A DNA stretch of 64,000 nt from Eubacteriales bacterium (GTDB lineage: Bacteria > Bacillota > Clostridia > Oscillospirales > CAG-382), in the NCBI GenBank assembly GCA_045544855.1, contig JAZPZV010000006.1, positions 2,446-66,445 of the forward strand, given 5' to 3'. The position numbers and the translations under genes are program-made. Under the pieces are notes generated by a model. It saw nothing but the letters and a program-made list of their open reading frames with translations. It did no database searches and had not been told where the DNA came from. Below are positions 46,348 through 57,188 of the stretch, piece after piece. How positions within the stretch are numbered: the first letter of the stretch is position 1; each line of letters opens with the position of its first letter.

Positions 46348-47511
46348 TTACTTCACAGGTTCAAAGAAGGTATCCGGATGATCCGGGTCAAAGCATTCGT
46401 TGGCCCACATAAGGGTGACCAAATTTTCCGTTTCGGAAAGGTTGATAATGTTGTGGGTATAGCCGGGGAGCATATGGACGGCCGTGATATGCTCGCCGTC
46501 CACGTAGAAGTTCAGCACTTCGTCGGTGCTGATCTTACGTTGCTGAATCAGCCCTTTGCCGGAGACTACAATGAACAGCTCCCATTTGGTGTTGTGCCAA
46601 TGCTGTCCCTTGGTGATGCCGGGCTTTGAAACGTTCACGGAAAACTGCCCGTGGGAGGGAGTTTTGAGAAGCTCGGTGAAGCTGCCTCTGGCGTCCTCGT
46701 TCATGTGCAGGGGGAAGGCTATCTTTTCCGCCGGAAGGTAGGAAAGGTAGGTTGAATACAGCTTTTTGGCAAAGGAGTCTGCGGGGATGGCGGGCATCAT
46801 CAAGGCGGAAGGCTGGGATTTGAAGCTTTCCAGAAGGCTCACGATCTCCCCCAGGGTGACCTTGTGGGTGGTGGGGACGCGGCAATACCCGCCATCGCGG
46901 TGTTCTTTTCCGATCAGGGCGGCAAGCATTTCTTCTACAAGGTCGTCGATGTAGAGAAGCTCCAGCTCGATGGCGGGGTCGTTCACCGTAATGGGAAGGT
47001 CGTTTGCCATGTTATGGCAGAAGGTGGCCACGGCGGAATTGTAGTTGGGACGGCACCATTTGCCGAAAAGGTTGGGGAAACGGTAGACCAGAGTTTTGGC
47101 TCCCGTCTCGTTTCCGTAGGCAAAGAACAGCTCCTCCCCTGCTTTCTTGCTTCTGCCGTAGTCGTTGTTGTAGCGGCCTTCCAGGGTTGCCTGGATAGAC
47201 GAAGACAGCATAACGGGGCAGGTGTTGCGGTATTTCTTTAGGGTGTCCAGCAAGGTGGAGGTGAAGCCGAAGTTCCCTGCCATGAAGTCTGCGGGATCCT
47301 TGGGGCGATTTACCCCTGCCAGGTGGAAAACAAAGTCTGCTTTTGCGCAGGCGGTCTCCAAAAGGTCTGTGGGAGACTCTACGTCGTAGAGGTACAGCTC
47401 GTCCAGGGAGATCCCGGGGTGGGTCCTGTCCTTGCCGTCTTTGATGTTTTGCAGTGCGCAGGTGAGGTTTTTGCCCACGAAGCCTGCGGCGCCTGTGATG
47501 AGTACGTTCAT
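46348..47511 (-). CDS. CapF/FnlB-type NAD-dependent reductase/epimerase with a cupin domain
   Basis: ITGAAGFVGKNL, HLAGVNRP, FGKWCRPNYNS and KGQHWH. Confidence 0.9.
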   Translation of the reverse strand: MNVLITGAAGFVGKNLTCALQNIKDGKDRTHPGISLDELYLYDVESPTDLLETACAKADFVFHLAGVNRPKDPADFMAGNFGFTSTLLDTLKKYRNTCPVMLSSSIQATLEGRYNNDYGRSKKAGEELFFAYGNETGAKTLVYRFPNLFGKWCRPNYNSAVATFCHNMANDLPITVNDPAIELELLYIDDLVEEMLAALIGKEHRDGGYCRVPTTHKVTLGEIVSLLESFKSQPSALMMPAIPADSFAKKLYSTYLSYLPAEKIAFPLHMNEDARGSFTELLKTPSHGQFSVNVSKPGITKGQHWHNTKWELFIVVSGKGLIQQRKISTDEVLNFYVDGEHITAVHMLPGYTHNIINLSETENLVTLMWANECFDPDHPDTFFEPVK

Positions 47512-47547
47512 AGAGTCACCTCCAACTTTTTGGTACCTTCTTCGTGT

Positions 47548-47576
47548 AGTATACCACGAAACATTTTTTTCGTCAA
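47548..47576 (-). promoter_or_regulatory. Separate promoter for the capF/capG-like pair
   Basis: TTGACG-17-TATACT with TG. Confidence 0.7.
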
Positions 47577-47632
47577 GTCGTGAGACGGCGGTGTTGAAGA
47601 GAAAAGTGGTCCTTTTGGGGGTATGGGGACGA

Positions 47633-47663
47633 AAAAGCACCCTGCCGAGGGGGCAGAGTGCTT
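47633..47663 (-). terminator. Terminator
   Basis: AAGCACTCTGCC..GGCAGGGTGCTTTTT on minus. Confidence 0.65.
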
Positions 47664-47671
47664 GGAGGGGA

Positions 47672-47893
47672 TTATTGTGCGATGCGATCTGCAGCGATCT
47701 GGATGTCGCCCCGGGCATCGGTTTCGATCTTGCGGAGAAGAACTTCGAAGGCCTCGGCGAGATTGTCGCCCAGAGTTTGAGCGTACGGGATGCCGGGCAC
47801 GTCGTCCTTCTCGCGAATCTGCCCTTTTTGCAGTTGGGCGATCAAGTTCTGAACGTTGCCGATCTCCAGGGTGTATTTTTCACGAATATTCAC
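47672..47893 (-). CDS. Small hypothetical protein (73 aa)
   Basis: GTG start with SD AAGGGG, followed directly by a terminator. Confidence 0.5.
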   Translation of the reverse strand: MNIREKYTLEIGNVQNLIAQLQKGQIREKDDVPGIPYAQTLGDNLAEAFEVLLRKIETDARGDIQIAADRIAQ

Positions 47894-47989
47894 GGGTGGT
47901 CCCCTTTAAGTGTGATGATGGGGGCCTTTTATCAAATGAGATATATTTGAATCTTTCAAAAAAGCGCGAAAACTATGTTGCCACTTATC

Positions 47990-49312
47990 CTATAATCTCC
48001 AATACGCTAACCCACTATTTTTGAGGTCGGAGATAGCGTAAATTCCCTTTACATCCAGCAACACCTTTTCATTATCGTCACAATCTTTGTAGAGTGCTTT
48101 GATGTCGTCAAGACTTAGTGCTCTAAACTCATTGTGAGCAACGGCAACAATAACGCAGTCGGCATCTCTCACTTCTTCAAGTTTCGTAAGCGCCACGCCA
48201 TATTCATGCATTGCATCGCTTTCGCTTGCCCAAGGATCAACAACAACAGGGATTATTTCATATTCAGCAAGACGCTTTATAATATCATCGACCTTGCTAT
48301 TCCTCGTATCGGGACAATTCTCCTTAAAGGTCAAGCCCAGAATAACCACTTTGGATTTCTTGGGAGCTTGTCCCACCGCAATCATTTTCTTGATGGCTGC
48401 ATCTGCCACAAACTTCCCCATGCTGTCATTCACAATGCGACCGTTGAGAATAATCTGACTGTGGTAGCCCAGCTTCTCTGCTTGATAGGTAAAGTAGTAC
48501 GGATCGACGCCAATGCAATGGCCGCCAACCAAACCGGGACGGAAGCCAAGGGCGTTCCATTTGGTATTCATTCCATCAACTACTTCGTTGGTATCAATAT
48601 CCATCTTATCAAAAGCCATCGCGAGCTCATTCATGAAGGCGATGTTGATATCACGTTGGCTGTTCTCAACAACCTTAACCGCTTCTGCGGTCCTAAGATT
48701 ACTGACGGGGTAAGTGCCCACTTCGATAACAATATCATACACGGCTTTAATGGTTTGCAATGCTTCTTCGTCACAGCCGGATACGATTTTCGTGATGTTT
48801 TCCAACCTGTGAACCTTATCTCCGGGATTAATTCTTTCGGGAGAATAACCAACCTTAAAATCAATGCCGCATTTTAACCCGGATTCTCGCTCCAAAATAG
48901 GAATGCAGACATCTTCTGTACAACCGGGGTATACGGTTGATTCAAACACAACATAAGACCCCTTGGTAAGATTTCTGCCAACGATTTCCGATGCCCCGAT
49001 AACCGGCGATAGATCGGGAGTGTGGTCGGTATTTACCGGAGTTGGAACTGCAACGATATGGAACTTGGCCTTTCGGAGGTCTTTTTCGTCAGAGGTAAAA
49101 TAGACCGATGTATTCTTAATAGCCTTGTCTCCAACTTCCTTGGTCGGATCAATGCCGCTTTTATATAGTTCAATTTTTGCTTTGTTGAGATCAAAGCCGA
49201 TGACGCCAACGCCTTTATTCGCGAAAGCTACGGCAATAGGCATCCCCACGTATCCAAGGCCAATCACGGCTAGTTTTTCTTTTTGTGTGCTGATTTTTCC
49301 AAACAAATCCAT
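47990..49312 (-). CDS. UDP-HexNAc 6-dehydrogenase (WbpO/TviB/CapL-like)
   Basis: IGLGYVG, ESTVYPG, YSPERINPG, GGHCIGVDPYY and TFKENCPDTRNS. Confidence 0.92.
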   Translation of the reverse strand: MDLFGKISTQKEKLAVIGLGYVGMPIAVAFANKGVGVIGFDLNKAKIELYKSGIDPTKEVGDKAIKNTSVYFTSDEKDLRKAKFHIVAVPTPVNTDHTPDLSPVIGASEIVGRNLTKGSYVVFESTVYPGCTEDVCIPILERESGLKCGIDFKVGYSPERINPGDKVHRLENITKIVSGCDEEALQTIKAVYDIVIEVGTYPVSNLRTAEAVKVVENSQRDINIAFMNELAMAFDKMDIDTNEVVDGMNTKWNALGFRPGLVGGHCIGVDPYYFTYQAEKLGYHSQIILNGRIVNDSMGKFVADAAIKKMIAVGQAPKKSKVVILGLTFKENCPDTRNSKVDDIIKRLAEYEIIPVVVDPWASESDAMHEYGVALTKLEEVRDADCVIVAVAHNEFRALSLDDIKALYKDCDDNEKVLLDVKGIYAISDLKNSGLAYWRL

Positions 49313-49330
49313 ACAAACCTCTCGACAGTA

Positions 49331-50623
49331 TTAGGTTATATCTCGCAATAGAATTGCATTCATCATTATTTTGGCGTTGGGCCGTAATGCCGGTATCATC
49401 GCAGGTAGCACCAAGCTCGTGAAAATTTGAGTCACCAAAGAGGCCGCGGCCGCCCCGGAAGCTCCCCAAAGTGGAATAAGCACAGCGTTCAAAATCACAT
49501 TCAAAATCGCGGCACAGAAATAGATATATTTTAGATATTTCTGTTTGCCTTCACAAACAATCCACGCGTTTCTGGCAACACCCAAATACGAAAAAGCGGT
49601 GTACCACGTAATGATTTTCAACGGCATACCAGCCGAAGCGTATTCTTCCCCGTACAAAAGATTAATGCCCCAATCGCCTACCAAACAAATGCCTAAAGAA
49701 GCAAAAACAGAAAGATAGAACACAATGGCATATAGCTGTCTGTTCTTCTTTTCATACTGCTCTTTGTTCTCGGAAAAGCACTTGATAATTGTAGGATATA
49801 TAGAGTCAATGATGGCGCTTAAGACGAACACCCACATGTTGCAGACCGCCAATGCGACGGTATAGTATCCAACCTGCTTCTCATCAAGCATTTGCTTCAG
49901 CATCAACTTATCTGTTTGGCCATATATGGCAACCATCATTGAGGACAGAATGTAATGATAGCTTTTCTTGATAATTCGCTTCGCAACAGGAGTCGAGAAG
50001 CCCAGTTTTTCTCCGTGCTGCCTTTTATATGCGCCAAGCAGCAGAACCGCCATCGCAATATAATCCACGGATGAAGCAAACGCGAACCACTGTACGCTAC
50101 TCCCGGCAATCAGCAAAACAATCTTGTAGGAGGAAGACAGAACGTAAGCAATCAGCACGACAAACGCTGTTGTTTTCGATTGGTAACGCGCTTGGAACCA
50201 ATACTGTAAAGTGTCAAACGCATGAAAAACCAAAGACACGCTACAGAGGGCCACAACGGCTATCGTAACTGCTTCGCCATGGTCCATGATTGCAACAATG
50301 CCAACGATCATCAGCGAGGAAGCAAAGCTCGAAAGCAATCTCAAGGCGACGCTAGAACCTAAAATGACACCTTCCTCATGAGGATTATCAAGCAATTCCT
50401 TAACGATGACAGAATTGATACCAAGAGTGCAAAACGCCATAAAAAAGGCTACGTAGGAATTGCCGTAACTAACCAACCCATAGTTATCCGGTCCTAAGTA
50501 ACGCGCAGAAATGACACCAACGACAAGAGCCAGAATCATTTGGATGATTTTGCCGCCAATCAGCCATCCTGCGTTTTTTGCTTCTTTGCTATTTTGTATT
50601 TTCGCTAAGATTCCTATCTTCAT
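49331..50623 (-). CDS. Wzx-type polysaccharide flippase
   Basis: ARYLGPDNYG, TDKLML..VGYY and LIPLWGASGAA. About 12 TM segments. Confidence 0.9.
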   Translation of the reverse strand: MKIGILAKIQNSKEAKNAGWLIGGKIIQMILALVVGVISARYLGPDNYGLVSYGNSYVAFFMAFCTLGINSVIVKELLDNPHEEGVILGSSVALRLLSSFASSLMIVGIVAIMDHGEAVTIAVVALCSVSLVFHAFDTLQYWFQARYQSKTTAFVVLIAYVLSSSYKIVLLIAGSSVQWFAFASSVDYIAMAVLLLGAYKRQHGEKLGFSTPVAKRIIKKSYHYILSSMMVAIYGQTDKLMLKQMLDEKQVGYYTVALAVCNMWVFVLSAIIDSIYPTIIKCFSENKEQYEKKNRQLYAIVFYLSVFASLGICLVGDWGINLLYGEEYASAGMPLKIITWYTAFSYLGVARNAWIVCEGKQKYLKYIYFCAAILNVILNAVLIPLWGASGAAAASLVTQIFTSLVLPAMIPALRPNAKIMMNAILLRDIT

Positions 50624-51776
50624 ACATAGTCTCTAAAGATTTCTCTGCAATCCTACTATACAAATACACGTCAGTTTTTTCAGATAGCGCAATCGTTTTC
50701 ATGCGCTCATATTTTTCGGTAAATTTCAATTCATTGATCTTTGTTCTCAAAGAATCCACGGAGATCTCATCAATGAACTCGCTGTTTCCGCCATTGTCAA
50801 CGTGATCCATCCCCTCAAAGCGCCTAAACAAACAAGGCACTTTAGCGGCACAAGCCTGTTCCCAAAGAACCGAATGAGAGCCGGGGAACGCGATCAGGTC
50901 TGCAGCAAAGAAGTATTGATAAACATCCCTTGCGTCCACCCAGCCAAGGAAGGAGATGTTGGGATTTTCAGCAACCAACCGATCGAAGGCAGGCTTCATC
51001 TCCTCGCTAACGTTACCAAAGACAAGCAATTTTATACCGTCCATTCCCGAGCAGGCTTCCATCAGAACGTCTATCTTTTTTCGCCCATCGATTTTGCCGC
51101 CGGTGACGATCAAAAAATCATCCTGCCCAACATTGTATTGTGCTCGGACGCTTTGGCGAAGAACATCTCTATTTTCAAAGTCGATAGCGTCGTCGTCAGC
51201 ACCCATAATCAGCACATCAGTTTTGCTTTCCGGAACCTTAAAATAATCTTGAGCAAAAGTTTTTCTCCAAGGGGTTACCCCGTAATACTTCGCAATGTGT
51301 TTCCCTGATGCGGCAGCAATCGCCCTATAAAACGCACGAATGCACTTGGAGCGAAACGTAACCGGAACGCCCCTGTTGTAATAATCCAAATGATTGTCCT
51401 GAACGATAACACACTTAGGATCGATTTTCTTTTTATAGCGGACAACATCAAAGATGGTATTGCTGACCAAGCCGTGGAAGAAGATAAAGTCGGGTTTGAT
51501 ATCCTCCAAGTACGGAAGCACGTCCAGTTTAGCAAAAAGCGTCGTCAGTTTGCGATGAACCGACTTCTTATACGCCAGACGAACGATACGGACACCATCA
51601 TCTGATACATAATCCGCACAATCGGTTTCCACGATTTTCCCATTCTGATGCATCGTGTTGGTAATGATCAGCGTGACATCATGACCGAGTCTCTTCTGAT
51701 ATTTAGGCAATAGATTTTCTTGATATCCCCAATTATCGTTATAGGGCGCATTGGGAGCTATGTGTACGATCTTCAT
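50589..51776 (-). CDS. Glycosyltransferase family 4
   Basis: WGYQEN, TGGKID..K and ADLIAFPG motifs. Confidence 0.85.
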   Translation of the reverse strand: MKIVHIAPNAPYNDNWGYQENLLPKYQKRLGHDVTLIITNTMHQNGKIVETDCADYVSDDGVRIVRLAYKKSVHRKLTTLFAKLDVLPYLEDIKPDFIFFHGLVSNTIFDVVRYKKKIDPKCVIVQDNHLDYYNRGVPVTFRSKCIRAFYRAIAAASGKHIAKYYGVTPWRKTFAQDYFKVPESKTDVLIMGADDDAIDFENRDVLRQSVRAQYNVGQDDFLIVTGGKIDGRKKIDVLMEACSGMDGIKLLVFGNVSEEMKPAFDRLVAENPNISFLGWVDARDVYQYFFAADLIAFPGSHSVLWEQACAAKVPCLFRRFEGMDHVDNGGNSEFIDEISVDSLRTKINELKFTEKYERMKTIALSEKTDVYLYSRIAEKSLETMYEDRNLSENTK

Positions 51777-52971
51777 ACAACTTCACGTATTCCTCAAATC
51801 GTTCGTTCATGTCAAATTCTTTCGCCTTTTTCAGGCAGGCGTCAAAAGAGTAGGGCTTTGTTTCCGCGATGCGGAGGATCTCCTGCTCCAGGGCGTCGAT
51901 ATCGTCACAGGGGACGACGGAACCGCAGGTGGGGTCGACCATCTCGGGGCTGCCGCCGGTTTGGAACGTGACCACGGGAGTGCCGCAAGCAATGGATTCC
52001 ATATTGACTGTTGGATAGGTGTCCTCCCGGGTGGGATTGACAAACAGATCTGCGGCGGTGTAGAGCTCCGCCAGCTCGGCCTGATTCTGGGTGCGGTGGA
52101 TGGAGATGATACCTTCGGGAAGGTTGCGGTCAACAGCATCGTCGGTGCCCACCAGGACGATTTGGAAACGGTCGTCCAGACGGGAGGCGAGCTCCACGAA
52201 CACGTCCAACCCCTTGCGAACGCCCCAGCCGAAGGCCACGCCGAGAAGGATGAACTTATCCTCGCAGTGGTGCTTTTTGCGGAAGTCGCTCTGCGTGGGT
52301 TTGAACACCGTGAGGTCGATCCCGTTGTGGATCACCTTCACGGGGTAGTCTTTTAGGAAGGACTCCCCTACCAGCCCCGCAAGCCAGTGGGAGGGGGTGA
52401 CGATGGTGAGGTCCTGCACCCCGGTGAACCACTTTTGCTTGTGGTGGTACATTCGGCGTGTGTTGTCAATACGGGATTTGGGATAGGCCTCCAATTGGGG
52501 GCAATTGCCGCACCCGGTTCGCCAACCATTACACTTTGCAAGCGTAAAGTATGCACAATTCCCGGTAAAACTCCAACAATCGTGTAGTGTCCAAAGCACA
52601 GGGATGTTGTTTCTTTTGTTGTAGTTGAATAGCAACGGCAGATTGATGCAGAAAACGTGAAGATTGTGAAGGTGGATCAAATCAGGTTGAAAAGCCTCTA
52701 AATCACGAATCAGTTTTCTTGTGCCACGTTTGGAATAGCAACCATTTCTACCGAAAGTGCTCCCCAATGCGTAGTGAACACCGTTTTCAAAAAAACTGCC
52801 CCACACATAGTGATTTTCAATCTGCGGAACATCCATCTTTCCGTGAACGGAAAAAGGAATGCTTGAATAGGTTTTCACTTCATGGCCGGATCGCCGAGCA
52901 ACCTCGGCCGTTTGAAACATGATTTTTCCGGTACTACCGTGGTGAACCATGTTGATGATAGCGATTCTCAT
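51739..52971 (-). CDS. Glycosyltransferase family 4 (WcaC-like)
   Basis: GSTGKI, HLHNLH, WTLHDCW and EDTYPTVNMESIACGTPV. Confidence 0.9.
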   Translation of the reverse strand: MRIAIINMVHHGSTGKIMFQTAEVARRSGHEVKTYSSIPFSVHGKMDVPQIENHYVWGSFFENGVHYALGSTFGRNGCYSKRGTRKLIRDLEAFQPDLIHLHNLHVFCINLPLLFNYNKRNNIPVLWTLHDCWSFTGNCAYFTLAKCNGWRTGCGNCPQLEAYPKSRIDNTRRMYHHKQKWFTGVQDLTIVTPSHWLAGLVGESFLKDYPVKVIHNGIDLTVFKPTQSDFRKKHHCEDKFILLGVAFGWGVRKGLDVFVELASRLDDRFQIVLVGTDDAVDRNLPEGIISIHRTQNQAELAELYTAADLFVNPTREDTYPTVNMESIACGTPVVTFQTGGSPEMVDPTCGSVVPCDDIDALEQEILRIAETKPYSFDACLKKAKEFDMNERFEEYVKLYEDRTHSSQCAL

Positions 52972-52972
52972 A

Positions 52973-54202
52973 TTATTCCTTTGCAGCTACAGTCTTCGAA
53001 TTTTGAGCAATTTTACTCAGCCGAGCAGTGGACCCATATATTGCACAGAAGCAGGCAAGCAACCACGGAACACCGGCAAGAATGGGTTCAATCATAAACT
53101 CAACCAGAATGGCAAAGTATACACAAACCAGGAAAAGCTTTGTATCGTTGCTGACCGCCTTACTACGAACCACCTTAAATAGCTTGAGAAGCGAGCCAAC
53201 TACAATCGCAACAACGGACAGGAGGGCAAAAATACCCGCCTCATCATAGGTATCTAAATATAGATCGTGAGCGTAGCCGCCTACTTCACTATGGATATAT
53301 GAACCACCCCAAGGATGGTCAAAGAATACTTTCAAATAATCCAATTTGCGATCCATGCGACTATCCTGTTCAAAATCTGCCGCATTCTCTCCAAAAAAGC
53401 GATCGTAAAAATTAGATTCCTCGATAAATTCCTTTAATCCCAACACGTTATTTTGATATGCTATCATAAGCATAACAATCAACAAAGATAATCCCACAAG
53501 AAGCCACACGCTTCGCTTGGTACGTGCAAGGAAAAGAAGCTGGTAAACAAATCCAACTGCAAAAACAAGTGCAATAAGAACAAATAGTGTTCTGCCTGCT
53601 AACTGTAAGTTATAGATAACAATCACAGAAAGAGACAATAAAGCAAATATTTTCAGGCCCTTGCTAAATTTGCCTATCAGCAATGCAACAGCAACGCCTG
53701 TCATCATAATTGCGAGCGCCGCTTGGTTGGTGGCAGATAAGACGGAGTCTGTCCAGAAGTCAAGAGTGTTTCTGCCAATCTCAACAGAACCTTCACCTCG
53801 CTCCACCGACCAGTTGCTAATCAAATTCAACGCCATGTGAACCAAAGCCCCCAAAGCAAGAACGACCGTGAGGCTTCGGGTAGAGCGTTCCGCCTCTAGC
53901 AAATGCGTTCGCTTGGCCGGCATATTATAACCCAATAAAAAACACATTGGATAAATAAAAACTCTAAGCATGGAGTTAAACGAGCCGTGGGCGGAAGACC
54001 AAAAGAGAAGAAGGCTAAATGAAAAACAAAGCAACGAAATGATTCCGGTCCCTATACGAACCTGGCGATTGTTCACAAGCAGAAAAAACGCAAAAGCTGC
54101 GAAGACTAAGTACGCATACCAGTTTTTGAAATTCATGGAAGCGAGAAAGAGGAGCGCTAAAACAGCCCATTCGTTCCACCGAAGTGTTTGCAACGATTTC
54201 AT
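52973..54202 (-). CDS. Wzy polymerase / O-antigen ligase-like membrane protein
   Basis: Multi-TM, GRT motif, periplasmic-loop-type YAHDLYLD..G motif. Confidence 0.78.
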   Translation of the reverse strand: MKSLQTLRWNEWAVLALLFLASMNFKNWYAYLVFAAFAFFLLVNNRQVRIGTGIISLLCFSFSLLLFWSSAHGSFNSMLRVFIYPMCFLLGYNMPAKRTHLLEAERSTRSLTVVLALGALVHMALNLISNWSVERGEGSVEIGRNTLDFWTDSVLSATNQAALAIMMTGVAVALLIGKFSKGLKIFALLSLSVIVIYNLQLAGRTLFVLIALVFAVGFVYQLLFLARTKRSVWLLVGLSLLIVMLMIAYQNNVLGLKEFIEESNFYDRFFGENAADFEQDSRMDRKLDYLKVFFDHPWGGSYIHSEVGGYAHDLYLDTYDEAGIFALLSVVAIVVGSLLKLFKVVRSKAVSNDTKLFLVCVYFAILVEFMIEPILAGVPWLLACFCAIYGSTARLSKIAQNSKTVAAKE

Positions 54203-54261
54203 TATTATCCCCTCCTTTCCGCCTCAAAACGCTTGCCTATAGCAAGCATAAAAATGCATGG

Positions 54262-55485
54262 CTATTCGAACAACGAAAGAATTTTCTTAGCCTGTACTAC
54301 GTTATTCTTATTATCAATTACGAACTTTTTAGCGCGAGAGCCATACAACTGTCGTTCCTCCAAGGGTTTCTCGCACACGCTAATAAGGGTTTGCGCCAAT
54401 GTCTCCGGGGAATTATCGGGAACATAGAAGATATAGTCATCATACTCATCCGGAATTCCATCCAACTTATACGCAACGACCGGAACTCCGGAAGCCAAAT
54501 ATTCCATGGTCTTGGAGGGGAAGCTGTACTTGGTAAACTCTTCGTTGTTTTGGCGCGGATTGACTAAGACTGTGGCGTTCTTCTGAAGCGCTAAGACATC
54601 TGTTCTATCCAGCCTGCCTAAAAAAACGATACGTGGATCTTGCTCGGCTTGCTTCTGTATCATCGCCTCAGCTTGTCCAAAGCCGCAAATAACAAGCTTC
54701 AAGTCCTCATTTTGGATCATCGCAAAAGCTTTGAGCAAACTTTCAATCCCGAACTTCGGGTTTAAGGTGCCTGAATAGAAAACATACTTTTGATCCCTAT
54801 ACTTATTAGCCAGCGACGCATCGGATCCCGAATCAGTTTCCGGTGCAATGCCTTCTACAACGATATACGGAACAGTTATCCCTAAACGCTCTGCCATTTG
54901 TTTTGTAAGTAAAACAAACTTATCAACATGCTTGTAAAGGGAATTGCTTCTATGCGTCCGGTATACGCTATAAGCCTTCCTAACGCCATGCAAGTCACTC
55001 GCTGTTGCAAACTCGGGAAGGTCGGCAATAATGCAACAACATTCTATAGAAGGATCGAAACGTTTAGCATATTTCGCCAACGATAAAAACATCGCAGACG
55101 CAGTATACAAAACAAGCACTCTCTTTGAAGTGCTACTTTGAAGAGCCCATTTCTTTACTTCGCGCTTGAAAGGAAAGACGTTCAAAAAATGCTTTATAAT
55201 TGAACGGTTCGTGCAACCAACGTTCAAATCTTCAGCTTCGTATTTGTTTGTGTGCGAAAACGCGAACTCCTCGACGTAGCAATCAGTATATCCTTTTGGA
55301 TAACTGTCCACCGGAAGATAATTCAATATCTTTAGGCGCCCACAGTTGTTCGCTTCAAGCCCGTCGATTATGTTCCATTGCAATGCGTTGGCAGCATCCT
55401 GCATGCCGGTTTTCATCTTCGCCTTAATTTCCGCTTCTTTTTCCCGCGGGAACAAACGACCTAAGAAAAGAATGTCAAGGTTCAT
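54262..55485 (-). CDS. Glycosyltransferase family 4
   Basis: YSGTL and LVNPR..FPSKTMEYLASG. Confidence 0.88.
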   Translation of the reverse strand: MNLDILFLGRLFPREKEAEIKAKMKTGMQDAANALQWNIIDGLEANNCGRLKILNYLPVDSYPKGYTDCYVEEFAFSHTNKYEAEDLNVGCTNRSIIKHFLNVFPFKREVKKWALQSSTSKRVLVLYTASAMFLSLAKYAKRFDPSIECCCIIADLPEFATASDLHGVRKAYSVYRTHRSNSLYKHVDKFVLLTKQMAERLGITVPYIVVEGIAPETDSGSDASLANKYRDQKYVFYSGTLNPKFGIESLLKAFAMIQNEDLKLVICGFGQAEAMIQKQAEQDPRIVFLGRLDRTDVLALQKNATVLVNPRQNNEEFTKYSFPSKTMEYLASGVPVVAYKLDGIPDEYDDYIFYVPDNSPETLAQTLISVCEKPLEERQLYGSRAKKFVIDNKNNVVQAKKILSLFE

Positions 55486-55515
55486 AAAGACTCCAAAGAA
55501 ATAGGGTGCGCAAAA

Positions 55516-56331
55516 TCATAAAGTGTACTTTTGTCTCATTTCTTGATACGATAGATTCTCGCGATACCCCTTTTTGCCGAGGTTCATCCACTTGTTTTTT
55601 TCGCGCCTGGGAAGGAGCTTTTTATCTCGATAACGCCACAAATAATATAATTTCCAGGGGCCGAATGTGCGAGGGTGCATTGAGTAGCACCATGCACCTT
55701 TCCCCCAGAAAAATTTCTCGTCGTAACCGGTGAACCAAGTTGACGTTTCGTAGCAAATATTTCCGATAGTTTCCTTGGAAACGTAGAAGGTCAAGCCCTT
55801 GCGTTTAGCCTCAAGGAGCCACATGCTGTCTTCCCCGGAAGGGAACATGCAGCCGCCACCGAACAAGGTGGTGAAGAAGAGATTTGCTTTTTTCACCGAA
55901 GCAAGACGGAAGGCGATTCGTACCCCTCCCCAGGGCATCCGAATCAAGCGGTTGCACTTTTTGGTTTTGGAGTATTTGACTTGTTTTCTTTCGGAATTGG
56001 TATCCAGATGGAAGATGAAAATATCCGCATCGGGGTGATTTTCGAACTCTTTCAAAACGGTTTGTTTATAGTTGTCGTTATAAACTACATCGTCGTCTGC
56101 CAAGAGACAAATGTCCGCAGAGGCGTACATCAACGTTAAGTTACGATTGATTCCAACGCCGCGGGTTTGGGTGGAGATCATCTTGGCGGTATTACCGTCA
56201 AAGCTCTGTTCTTCGTACGCGGTGCGGTCGCACTGGTTGGCAAAAACAACGTCCGAATGGATATTCATTTGTTGGATTTTTGAGAAATCCGTTTGGTGCA
56301 TCGTAACGCAGAGAACTTCAAAGCTTGGCAT
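55516..56331 (-). CDS. Glycosyltransferase family 2
   Basis: GVGINRN, LADDD and SGEDS motifs. Confidence 0.85.
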   Translation of the reverse strand: MPSFEVLCVTMHQTDFSKIQQMNIHSDVVFANQCDRTAYEEQSFDGNTAKMISTQTRGVGINRNLTLMYASADICLLADDDVVYNDNYKQTVLKEFENHPDADIFIFHLDTNSERKQVKYSKTKKCNRLIRMPWGGVRIAFRLASVKKANLFFTTLFGGGCMFPSGEDSMWLLEAKRKGLTFYVSKETIGNICYETSTWFTGYDEKFFWGKGAWCYSMHPRTFGPWKLYYLWRYRDKKLLPRREKNKWMNLGKKGYRENLSYQEMRQKYTL

Positions 56332-57188
56332 TAAATGGTCTCCAAATATTCGCTGAAATCTCTTTCGGTATCGTAAAGCCAGGCATGGACAGCGGCTTTT
56401 TGCTGTGCTTCGTCGGGCAGTTTCATGTAATCCCCGTAGCGATACGTGAGGTATTCTTTGATCTTTTCCGAGCCGAGGAGGGTGGTATCCTCAAAGGGGA
56501 TCTCCACCGGAGTTTCGAAGAAAGACTTATCGAACAACCCGTTTTTGAATTTTGCGGGGGTGATCCAATAGCAATATCGGTAGTTGGATTCCCAGTTGTC
56601 GTACTTATAGATTTTTTTGTAGCAGATCTTTGCCATCAGTTTGCAAGGGAGGAGCTTAAGGCTTTTCAACGCAAGGGCTTGAAATTTGGTTTTGGGCTTC
56701 CAGTTGCGCTGCGAATTGCCGTAAAGCGTTACAAACTTGGAGTAACAGTACACGATCTTTTGAGTCAGCTTGCATTTGGGAACCTTGTGCAAGATCATAA
56801 TATCCACGTAAATACCGTGATGCATTTCCTTACAGTCTTTTAACTGTTTTTCGATGAACGTGGTGCCACTCATACGAATTTTCGCATACTCAAGGTAGTT
56901 CGGCGTCGTTCGCCACTCCTGCAAAACGAATTGTTTCTGCTGCGCGCTCTCGAAAACCGTCTTGAATTTTGCGTATTCCCCCGGCGTCATAAAGATATCC
57001 AGATCGTCGTCCCATGGTATAAAGCCTCCGTGGCGAATCGCACCAAGAGCGGTGCCGCCCATGATATAATAGACAATACCGTTCTCGCGGCAGAGCTTGT
57101 CAATAAATCTCATTGTTTCAAGAATTTTGACCTGAACGTCGCGTACGGTTTGTGTATTCATAGGTGATTTCACATTTGCAGTTAGCAT
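56331..57188 (-). CDS. LicD-family phosphotransferase
   Basis: GTALGAIRHGGFIPWDDDLDI, YVDI and YLTYRYGDYM. Confidence 0.92.
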   Translation of the reverse strand: MLTANVKSPMNTQTVRDVQVKILETMRFIDKLCRENGIVYYIMGGTALGAIRHGGFIPWDDDLDIFMTPGEYAKFKTVFESAQQKQFVLQEWRTTPNYLEYAKIRMSGTTFIEKQLKDCKEMHHGIYVDIMILHKVPKCKLTQKIVYCYSKFVTLYGNSQRNWKPKTKFQALALKSLKLLPCKLMAKICYKKIYKYDNWESNYRYCYWITPAKFKNGLFDKSFFETPVEIPFEDTTLLGSEKIKEYLTYRYGDYMKLPDEAQQKAAVHAWLYDTERDFSEYLETI

